This document shows, in pieces, positions 39,413 through 49,778 of a stretch of DNA of 63,845 nt. Each line of letters begins with the position of its first letter. The first letter of the stretch is position 1. A program made the position numbers and the translations under genes. The notes beneath the pieces were generated by a model. The model worked only from the letters and a program-made list of their open reading frames with translations, was not told the DNA's origin and did no database searches. The DNA is from Chlorokybus atmophyticus (lineage: Eukaryota > Plantae > Mesostigma and Chlorokybus algae): positions 248,001 through 311,845 of the forward strand of contig RHPI01000818.1 in NCBI GenBank assembly GCA_009103225.1, in the 5' to 3' direction.

Positions 39413-42400
39413 TTGGGTGCCACGTTGTGTGAGCAGGTAACAGAGTTACAGCAACAATACGAGGCCAACATAGCTCAATGGCAACGGTCAAGTGACATCG
39501 TTGACTGTGCAATCCTAAGTAAGGGACATGTTGGTGCATCTGTTGATGCAAGTGTACATAACCACCGAGAGCGTAAGCGTAGCCGTGAAGCACAGCTCTG
39601 TGAAGCTGAAGCTGATGCTGCTCGGAGCCATGCTCTCATGTATAAGGGACATGAAGAGAGCAAGCCATGTATACAACAGGGATTGCCAATGGCTAGCTGC
39701 TCTGTGGACGTTGATACGCAATGTGCTTTCAGTGATTTGATGTCACGCCTTCCCCAACCATGCAATGTCGCTGTGTGGGACAACGAGTTGGGTGTACAGG
39801 TAGATAATCAATTCATGCAGCACGACTGTGCGGGCAAGTGTGTCTTGCTCAATGCACCTGTTGACGAGTTGTCAAACATGCTCAAGCACTATGTGGATTG
39901 CAAGAGCAAGAGTGCGCACAACACAAGTGCATGCGTGGTTGTACCCAAGCGTCCTGGGTTGTGGACCCGCTTTGTTAAGGGCATGCAGGTCCTGGGAGAG
40001 GTCAAGCTAGGTAAGGGGCAGATGCGTGTGTTGTATGACCCCCTTGCCATCCATGAGGTAAGTACTCTGGACTTGACTTGGTTGTTCAAGGCTTCTGTTG
40101 CGCATGTGCCGTGGATCTTGATGATAGACACGGGCACACCTGAGAACTTCGTGAGTGAATCTCTTGTGCGACGCTTAGGCATTCGTGTCAACAAGTGTGA
40201 TGACACGGTTGTTGCCTTGAACAAGCTTGAGATCCCCGTGCGGGGAGTTGTACGCTTGTCTGTGCGTGTGCAAGGCTATCATGCTCAGCTCAAGTTCTTG
40301 GTCATCCCAGTAGAGGTGCCAGGCGTGGATGTCATTGTTGGCAGCCACTGGGAGCAAGCATGTGGCTTGCGCACAGACGCGGACACAAAACTTTGCAGTG
40401 TACGCAAAGGTCGAGGTCGTGTGACCTTGCATGCAGATGGGCACAATGTTGCGCCCACTGTTAGCTCTGTTTATGATGCATCAAGTACGGATGTCTTTTG
40501 TTTTTTGTTGAGTGCCATGCAGGTGAAGAGGGCTGTTCGCCATGGAGCTCAACCTCTTCTAGTGCTTGTCTGGCCAGTCGGCAACGACGACACTTCTACC
40601 TCAGTTGGTGAGACCGGTGGCAAGCCACCAGACACGGCCCTTGAAGGTCTGTCGTCTAAATTTTCTGATGTGTTGCAAGCTGCATTGCCTGCATTGCCAC
40701 CTGAGAGGGACGTCTGGCATTCAATCCCTCCAGAGTCTGATGCGCAGCCTCCGTTCAGACCTGTGTATAGGCTGAGTCCAGCTGAGTATGCGGACATGGA
40801 GGGGCAGATCAAGGCCTTGCTTAGGAAGGGATTGATTGAGCCAAGTAGCTCTCCTTTCGGAGCACCCATTCTTTTCGTACCTAAGAAGGACGGCAGGCTA
40901 CGCATGTGCGTAGACTATAGGGCCTTGAACAAGCTGACCATCAAGAACAGGTATCCGCTGCCAAGGATAGATGATTTGCTTGATCAACTGAGTGGTGCCT
41001 CAGTGTTCAGCTCCTTGGATCTCATCAGTGGGTACCGTCAGATCCGGATCACACCGGAAGATGTGCCAAAGACAGCGTTCAGAACGCCTGTGGGACACTT
41101 TCAATACAAAGTGCTGCCTTTTGGTCTGACAAATGCGCCAGCCACCTTTCAAGCTATGATGAACCGTGTGTTTCACAAGCTGATCGGGAAGACAGTGCTT
41201 GTATATCTTGATGATATATTTGTGTTCAGCAAGGATGCTAACATGCACGTGACGCAAGTGCGCGAGGTGTTGGAAACGCTGCGTGCGCACCGACTCTATG
41301 CTTACATGCCCAAGTGCGAGTTTGGCAAGAAGAAACTAGAGTTCCTCGGGCACATTGTGAGCAAGGAGGGCGTGCGCCCTGACCCAAGGAAGGTTGCCAA
41401 GGTCAAGGATTGGCCTAGTCCCAAGAATGTGCACAAGCTGCGCGCATCTTTAGGCTTGAGCAACTATTTCCGCAAGTACATTCTGGGTTACTCATCGCGT
41501 GTTGCCCCTCTCACTAATCAGTTGCGTGACAAGGTCGTGTGGAGGTGGTCACAGAGGCAGCAAGAAGCCTTTACGTCCATCAAAGAGGCTTAAGTGACAG
41601 CGCCTGTGTTGCAGCTGCCGGACTTCACCAAGCCCTTTGAGGTAAACTGTGATGCCTATGTTGAAGGCACTGGTGCTGTGTTGCTCCAGAGTGGGCACCC
41701 TCTTGCTTATGCTAGCAAGGAGTTCTCTCCTGCTGAGAGGAACCATACAACAACCGAGCAAGAGTTGTTGGGGGTAGTCCATGCGCTACAAGAGTGGCGT
41801 TGCTATCTAGAGGGGGTGGAAGGCGGGTTTAGTGTGTTTACGGACCACAACCCCCTTGTTTTCTTTCAGACCCAACCAACCTTGTCGAGAAGACAAGCGA
41901 GGTGGGCTGAGTACTTGTGTAGATTCAACTTTACCTGGGTTTACAGACTAGGGAGAGTGAATGTGGCAGACCCTTTCAGCTGTTCGCCATTGCTGTTGGC
42001 AGTGACAACAAGTGCACGTGCACGAAGCCAAGGGTGGGCACAAGCAAGTGTTGCTAGTGCCAGTACTTTCGAGTTGCCATCTGTGCATGAGCAAGTTGTC
42101 AATGAGACACCAGTGGCAACAGAGACCAGCGAGATGCCAACTGAGCTCGAGAGAGCAGACAGTGAAGCACCGTTGGTAGTGCACGAGCCAAGTGGGGAGG
42201 ACCCAATGGCCGTTGATGTGGAAGACATCATACAGCGTTTGCCTAGTGCTTATGCACTTGACACACCTGGTTTGTTGAGTTGCTGAAGCAGGCAGACGAC
42301 AAGATCACTTGTCACAAGGGCCTCTGGTACCGTAAGGGCAAGTTGATAGTGCCAAATGCACTCGGCTTGAGGCAAGAGTGTCTGTTTGAGGCACACAATT

Positions 42401-43665
42401 CCGTGTACAGTGGGCACATGGGAATGGCAAAGACCATCAAGCAGCTGCAGAGACAGTATTGGTGGCCGAGCTTGGGTGCTGATGCATCTAAATATGTCGC
42501 GTGTTGTGACACTTGTAAAAGAAACAAGGCCTCGCACAGGAAGCCAGCAGGGTTGCTGAAGCCCTTGGCTATTTCCAACCATCAATGGGAGAGTGTGAGC
42601 ATGGATCTGATCACAGATCTACCTGTGACAAAGAAGGGACACAGTGCTGTCATTGTCTTTGTTGATCGCTTGACCAAGATGGTCAGATTTGAGCCCTGTC
42701 GCACAGACATTGATGCGCAAGAGTTTGCGTTTGTCTTTGTGAACTCGGTGTTCAGATCACACGGTGTACCCAAAGAGTTGGTGTCTGACCGTGACCCCAC
42801 GTTTGTGAGCCAGTTCTGGCAGGCTGTGTGCCGGTACTTGGGGACTAAGCAGAGCTTGAGCACTGCTTACCATCCACAGAGTGACGGACAGACGGAGCGC
42901 GTCAATCAGGTGTTGGAAGATGTGCTACGCCACTACACGTCACCCAGGTTTGATGATTGGGATGTGTACCTGCCACTTGCTGAGTTCGCTGTGAACAATG
43001 CATGGCATGAGTCGCTAAGAAGCACTCCTTTCTATCTGAACTACGGTCGTCATGTGTTGACACCCATGTCTCTGAATGTCGAGCCATTCAACAAAGTGCC
43101 GATGTCTAGAGACTTCACAGAGAGCATGTATGCCTCGTTGGCACATGCAAAGAACTGCTTGAGAGCAGCACAAGACAGGCAAAAGATGTATGTCAACAGG
43201 CAACGTAGGCCTGGAGATGAGCTCCAAGTTGGAGATCAAGTGTTGTTGAGCTCGAAGAACATTCGACTCAAAACAAGCGGGGTACACAAGTTGCTACCAA
43301 GATGGCTGGGTCCATTCCGCATCGCCGACAGTGTTGGTGACCGTGCCTTTCGGCTTGACTTGCCGAAGAGCATGCGAGTACATGATGTGTTTCATGTAGC
43401 ACTGCTGAAACAGTACAAGAGTGACGGTCGAGTGCAACCCCCTCCCCCTCCAGCTGAGGTTGAGGGCGATCTCGAGTATGAGGTCGAGGCCATTGTTGGC
43501 AAACGGTTAAGAAAATACAAGAAGAACTTTCGGATCCAATTCTTGGTGAAGTGGCTTGGTTATGGTGAAGAGCATAACACCTGGGAGCTGAAAACCAACT
43601 TGGCAAACTGTGCTGCCTTGTTGGAGGAGTTTGAGAATGAGGTCAAATCCACAGGTGCCACTTGA
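39413..43665 (+). pseudogene. pol: Retrotransposon polyprotein: Dam-like MTase remnant, aspartic protease, RT, RNase H, integrase, chromodomain; one in-frame stop and one frameshift
   Basis: Protease LMIDTG at 40127. RT LRMCVDYRALN...YPLPRIDDLLD...YLDD (41204). TAA at 41591-41593 is read through in frame to RNase H TAPVLQLPDF...CDA. Frameshift near 42265-42280. Integrase HHCC region, SMDLITDLP, SDRD, HPQSDGQTERVN, GPF/Y motif (RWLGPF). Chromodomain YEVEAI...FLVKWLGYGEEHNTWE. Confidence 0.95.
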
Positions 43666-43917
43666 GAGCGTGTGCTCAGAGCTACTAGTGCTCAGCCTGT
43701 AGGAGCATGTGCACATGCCCACAGCATCTTTATGTGACATACCAACACCGCATGCACTGGTACACAGTATCAGAGTTGGTTGTCACTCCCACGACTTGCA
43801 CTACTTTCACGTGAAGCACTGCCACTCAGTTAGGCCTGGCCAGCCAAGCTGCGGTTTGTGCGGGACTAGTGTCCCACCCTTTTGCAAAGCGGTCGTTGCA
43901 ATGCAAGTGGGGAGGAA

Positions 43918-44899
43918 TGTCACGCCAACAGGGCAGGCAAAAGTCATTCTCTGTCCCTTACTTGTGTGGTAAGTAAGATGAGACTAAGTGGGGACCCACA
44001 CTACGCAAGCGTGTGTAGTGCTTGTGGGTGTGCTCTCATGTAGGTCTGCTCTAGAGCCTGTGCGGCCTTGAGCATGATGAACTACACAAGGCATGATTGC
44101 AAGCACAGGGCTGATCATAGCCGATGAGACATCATGTGATGTACAGAGACATGTGTGTGCATATGTCCGCATGTGTATGCATGTGTTTGCATATGTGTGC
44201 ACATGTACGCATATGAGTGCATATGCGTGCATGAGAGGTATGTACTAGATGTATGCATGTATATGCATGCATGCGCATATGTGTGCATATGCGCGCATAT
44301 GTATGCATAAGGATGCATATGTATGCATGAGTATGATGTCCTAGGCTGATGTGACCAGCCAAGGACGTTCACAACGTCCAAGGATGATGTGTGTGATGTC
44401 CTAGGCTGATGTGACCAGCCTAGGGACGTTTACAATGTCCGAGGCTGATGTGTGATCAGCCCTAGACATGAGTTGTGGTCAACGCAGCCATGACAAGGCA
44501 TGTAGCCTTGGACTTGAATGGATGTTCTAGGTCGGAGAGCAGCAAAGAGAGGGTATATGAACGGCCTCAACATGTGTTGAGGCAGCTCAGCATGTGCATA
44601 CTCAACTCTTGTGTGTGGGGTGCCTAGTTTAGTTGTTCAAGGGGCTCTCCCTCTCATCCCATGTGGGGTGTGATGTCCGTGGCAGCTTTGCACATGTGTG
44701 TGAGGTGTGCTTGAGTGTGTGAGTGTGTGGGAGCTGAGTAGAGAGGTTGGTGTCATCCTCTCCTTCCTTGGTGCGGTGCTGTGACTTCCTCTGCAAGGTA
44801 CTGCATCAGTGACGCTGGTAGGGCTTCCAGTAGTAAGTCCTTGTGCTTGTGCATAAGTTTGCCAAGCCGCCCAGCAAGTAAGTGAGCGGTATCGTTACA
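43918..44899 (+). repeat. 3' LTR (982 bp)
   Basis: TG...CA termini, preceded by the PPT and followed by TSD CTGCT. Confidence 0.96.
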
Positions 44900-45374
44900 C
44901 TGCTGCACAACAAGGGCACCGCTGGGTCGGGCGACAGTAGAGATTGAATCGCTGGTGGTGGCTGAATGAGAGATTCCATCTAAGCTGAGATAGTCGTCTC
45001 CCATAACCACCAGCCCATTAACCAACCACTACGCCGCCGCCGCCGCCACCACCACCAAACCGCTTGCCTACCCCAGGTAACTTATTACAGCATGACTTGT
45101 GGTGATAACTTAAGGCAGATGACACGAAGGGATCCGAGCGGTACTATCCGTTGCTGGATCACACTGTCGCCCCCCACAACCACAAGCCCACCAACCGCCG
45201 CCGCCACCACCAAAGCACTTGATCACCAGATAAGATAGTGCCTCAATGTTTTTGAGCTGACGGCTCAAAGCCGCCAGGTCAGTAATGCGCGGCGCGGCTT
45301 CTCTCTGAGTGGCACGGCCGGTCATTGCTTAATCATCATGTTCAGCAAGAGTGGGTGTTGTGGTGTAGTCTACC

Positions 45375-45870
45375 ACGTTAGGCAAGTGGTTTGGTTGTGG
45401 CGGCGGCGCTGGTTTATTGGCTGGTGGTCGTAGGGGGGCGACAATCTCAGCTGGGAATTACTGCTTGCGTACGTCATTCAGCCACGGCAATAGCCTGCTG
45501 CCCGCCGCCAGGCCTGCAACCTGCCCCGGAGAGGGAGACGGCGAGGGTGTGCGGGAGTATGGTTGTTGAGGCAGTCTGTCAAACCAGCTGGAAACTCATC
45601 CAGCCGGCACTATCGCCGCAGCGACCCCTCGTTGTGCAGCATGCTTTAGCTTTGGCCTGCTGCAGCAGGCCAAAGCTTACACCTGCAGCAGTAACTGCCT
45701 CATGGAGCGAGAGAGGGGCAGGAGGAGAGATGGAGGGGAAAGGGTTGGGATAGGGTGTTTGCCCTGTCAGAGGCACCTTCCTAGGGCAGGTGTCCTTTGC
45801 AGCAAAGGCAATACCAGCGCAAAAGCAGTAGCTGCAAGATGGTGCATGGCGCAGGGTAGTGGCGCGGTGC
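45375..45870 (+). repeat. Inverted duplicate of the sequence interrupted by the LTR element
   Basis: The reverse complement aligns with 37475-37652 joined to 44905-45075 (e.g. gctactgcttttgcgctgg, cattcagccac, atctcagct). Both arms translate to LVVQ(Q/H)ALALACC and SAKAVAA. Confidence 0.85.
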
Positions 45871-46076
45871 TTGTGGAGAGCTGTTCCACAGCTAATCACT
45901 AATTGCCTCTTCCACTTTGCAAATCGTCGCAATATGTTTCCCTTGCCGGCCGACTAAATATTGGCAACGGCCGTGCACCTGAGGATACTAATTTAGACTG
46001 TCATGGCTCAGTCCACCTGTAATCTCGATACAGGGACCGGATAGTGACTTCCGTTACAATTTAGGGTTTAACGGTT

Positions 46077-46434
46077 GACTATGCCTAATTAACAGGCGCC
46101 TGTTAATTACCTATCAGGCCTTAACAGGTCACTATGCCTTATTAACAGCCACCTGTTGGTTACTTATCAAGCCTTAATAGGTGACTACAGTTAATTAACA
46201 GGCACCTGTTAATTGCTTATCAGGCCTTATTAGGTGACTACAACTAATTAATGGGCACCTGTGAGTTACACATCAGGCCTTAACAGGTGACTACACCTAA
46301 TTAGCAGGCACTTGCAAGTTACTCATCAATCTTACTTAGATGACTCAGCTTATGTGACAGGCACCTGCAGGTTACACACCGGTCCAGCGCAGGCAACTAA
46401 GCCTAATTTACAAGCACCAACTAGGTAATCATCG
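46077..46434. repeat. Tandem array of ~7 x 53-bp units, each with a 24-bp palindrome core
   Basis: Unit starts at 46077, 46130, 46183, 46236, 46289, 46342 and 46395 (exact 53-bp spacing). Unit 1 contains the perfect palindrome TAATTAACAGGCGCCTGTTAATTA (46086-46109). Confidence 0.95.
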
Positions 46435-46773
46435 ATAAAATAAGGCATTCTTTGAGCAACCGAAGGTGACTGATGCCTAACTGTCGTTATCTGTATTTGC
46501 ATAGCATGACTACACGCGACTGTCACTGACTGCCTGCATCGTGATGTGCCTGTGCTGAGTACCTGAAATGTGTACAGTGTCTCTCAGTTACTTGCCAAGG
46601 CTTGTAGTTCGATTATGTGACTCGAATGCCTGCAGTTCTGTTGTATATCATACGGATGCAAGTATTGGCATGAGTATAATGACGATTGACTGAGCTGGTT
46701 TAAGATGCACAACACTCAGTTACAAGAGCCTTGCAGCTATGTACACTACCAGCTAAACTCACTACCAACTGCA

Positions 46774-47154
46774 CTACAGCTCCTCTCCATCATTGCTTTG
46801 CTCGTCATCATGGAACAAAGCACCACGCGCTGGGGCTTGTGGAGGAGACGCCGGAGCTTGCTCTTCCTCCTCAAACGGTTGTGCCAGCCAATCAAATGCC
46901 GCTTCTGCCTCAGCGAGCGGGTCACGAGCTGCTGTCTCTTGCGGCCGGCGCCGATTGGGATCTTTCAAGTATTCGACACGAGATGCAATGCGGCGTTTTT
47001 CAAGGGTGAATGGCTGGGAGGCTGCGTACCGTTGCCTCATCTCCCGCTTCATTAACATGATCATGGTGTTGATTTCGCTAAGGTACTCTTCATGTGTGTC
47101 GGTGCTGGCAGCTAGGAGAGGGTCTCCATCCTTACCCTTTAAGATGCGCTCCAC
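46774..47154 (-). other. Orphan terminal exon of an unidentified spliced gene, possibly transposon-derived
   Basis: A cgcag acceptor precedes GTG GAG CGC. The 126-codon frame has ordinary composition (ERILKGKDGDPLL...acidic tail). A phase-compatible upstream exon ends LLT|gtgagc near 47285. No recognisable domain. Confidence 0.45.
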
Positions 47155-47512
47155 CTGCGTAGTTTACAGGCATGTCTTAGTGGCATCGAAAGCCACTATT
47201 CACTGCAGCGCGTCTGCAAGCCTGTAGTTTGGGGCTACAGCATTCCAGAATTGCTAATGATGGAGTTCAGAGTGCTCACCGTAAGCAACATGTATGCGAG
47301 GTGGTTGACTGTCAGCTGCCGGCGACCAGGTGTAGTGTCGGCGTAACACCAGCATTGCACGATCATTTGCCAGATTATGGGATTGCCCCATTCATTGTGT
47401 GACATCCTACCTTCTGCATGTGTCCGTGCTGATTGTCTTCACCTGTGTATGTATACACATCGAGATGGATGCCCCACACGTTGTAACACCTTTCTCTCTG
47501 CCTCTCCATCAG

Positions 47513-49399
47513 CCAGGAGGCTTATTGGCTGCTCCCCCTCCCCGTCTCTGCAATCACCAGAGCGGCGACCACGCCTGGCCCGTCTGCCGCAAACCCATCC
47601 TCCAAGCTGTTAACACACACCACGACCGGCGCTGATTTGCAGCTGCTCCAACACCTTGTGGTGAGAGAGAGATGGTACTGTAGTTATAATAGCATGGCAC
47701 TTGGGCTATCATAGCCCACACACGCTTGAGCAAGCGTGCGTGTAGGTGCGAGACTGTACTATAGCAATAACGTTTGGCGAGACAACTGCGCACAGGCGAG
47801 CTTAAGGAGCTGGGAGAGGCATGTTGGAAGGGAAGATCTGTCTTGCGTGCTGAGACTACTACCACAGTCACAAGCAACGGGGCCAACCACGCCGCGCACT
47901 CTGCCATCATAAGGATGGCTGTGCTGTCCAAAAAACCTGCTTATGCAGGCAATGTTGCTTACGTTGGTGGTTGTCGCTGTGCAGCGTACAGGCAGCGTAG
48001 AGGGGTTTTCTTGCAATTGTTCAGCGTCTTCTAGCTAACACACTGCCAAGGAGCCCATCTGTGTGGCGCGACCTCTTGGCGATGAAGTTGTGTTGTGTTG
48101 TTGTTGATGATGTGTGAAAGTTACTGCTAGTTGTGTCACATGGGTGTTAAGGTTGCACTTGCTCTGATTATGGTGCAGCAACATGTTCAACCCTACCAGC
48201 TGCAGCACATTACTGCGGTCACAGAGATGGACATCACATACAGCGACTGTGCAAACAGATGCAGAATTAAATGATCAAAACAGCCAATATCAAGTGCTCG
48301 CATGCCACCAAGACTTGTATGCTGAACACACAAGCACGTACGCGCGTGCACGCTCACAGAGGCCGAGAGGCCAACCCCACTATCTAACCCCACTGGCAGC
48401 GCCTAACCGGCACATACAACAGCTGCTAGTACGACAGCACCGCTGCCGACAGGGCAGGGCTCAAGGGCAGGGCGCAGGGGCGGGGCAGAGGGGCGGGGCT
48501 GAGGGGCCCTCAGCCAGGGTTACAACATGCAGAACTGCGTGGGAATGGCGGGAGTGAGGCTGTGGGTGAAGGAGAACGGGAGAGGGGGAGTGGGGCCGTC
48601 TGCTGCTCATGCTCCTGGCTGCTGCGAAGAACTGCGAAACTAACTGACTGCACACGCGTGCAGGTAATGAGCAAACGCATGCATGTATGTCTGATGGGGG
48701 TTGAAGGCAGTAGGTACAATAGTTACGTGTGGCTAGTGTAGGTAGACCCCGTTGGTAAATAATCATTGCATGATGATGAGCTGGGTGAACAATGCATGTG
48801 TCATGCATGTTGCTTTTATCATGATCACTGCATTTTCTGTACACACATGCACACGGATACAGACCCACACAGGCTGTCTACTGGGCACGCCGTATCCCCA
48901 CCCTGTTCACCCTGATCCCTTGCCACCTTCTCCAACATCGCCTCCACAGCAACGGGCACCTCAGGAAACCATGGATACAAGCAGCCATCAAGATGAGAGA
49001 CCACGACACACCACCTCATCACCGCACGCTATTGCACTCAACTGAAACCAACTCGTTGCCTGTCTGTTCAGGCTGTTGAGCGCGGTGCTAAACACTGTCC
49101 CATATGTCTGGTACCTTTGGATATGCCGGCAGCAGGCCACAACAACTCCAGCAATTTTGACGACGGCCATCTTCCGCAAAGCCCTTTCAGCAAGGAGATG
49201 GATCGGATCCATCTGACCTGCAGCCACCTGTTCCACTCGCAGTGCCGCGCCAACTTTGAGGCGTTCACCAGGAGCCACAAGAGACAACAGTTTTGTTGAC
49301 AGCGGGAAAAGTAGTAGCAGTGATAGTACCCAATGTAGAACACTTGCGTGCCCTGTGTTTGCCGTGCAACGTACCAGCGCAGCCCCTTTGTATATATAG
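47513..49399 (+). pseudogene. RNF32: RNF32 pseudogene (tandem paralogue of 34650-36533)
   Basis: Exon-by-exon similarity to the intact copy. First RING Cys TGC>TGG. IQ Trp TGG>TAG at 47998-48000. Indels are present, the first exon is missing, there is an unrelated insertion at ~48330-48620, and RING2 is cut by TGA at 49297-49299. Confidence 0.9.
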
Positions 49400-49778
49400 A
49401 GGGCATTTGCTATGATGATAACTTGGCGCGAGGTTGAGATTATCATTTCACATGCAATGACTAAACCTTTTGTCCCACAAAGACGGTCCGGTGCTTTGAT
49501 GGCAAAGAGCTGCAGGCTGTTACAAGATGATGACACAAGAGAAACTTAGCATAGCAGCAGTACTACTTTGAGTGCACTATGTGAACAGAGCCCAACCACT
49601 CATTCAAGTACTGGTACAAAGTAAATAATCGTGCTCAACTGAACGGGTCCGGAATGACTCGTGCACAAAATCGTGCATGTGCTAATGACAAATGGCCTAA
49701 GCTACAGCAGCAAGAGCCCTTGGCAACCTCTAATTCTTGATCTTCATCATTGTTGCCATCGGAATCAAAGTCGTGGTG

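Larger units (their letters stand above)
37653..44899 (+). mobile_element. Ty3/gypsy chromovirus LTR retrotransposon, full-length boundaries, pol disrupted
   Basis: 5' LTR 37653-38633 and 3' LTR 43918-44899, both TGTCACG...GTTACA. 5-bp TSD CTGCT at 37648-37652 and 44900-44904. PPT AAGTGGGGAGGAA at 43905-43917. PBS-like TGGACTCGGAGC at 38978-38989. Domain order PR-RT-RH-INT-chromodomain. Confidence 0.97.

Noticed and set aside
46050-46061. TTTAGGGTTTA as an interstitial telomere
   Set aside because: Only 1.5 repeat units; at most a telo-box or an element end.
46077-46434. 53-bp array as a CRISPR array
   Set aside because: No unique spacers: the whole unit is repeated and decays gradually. 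No cas genes, and the context is eukaryotic.
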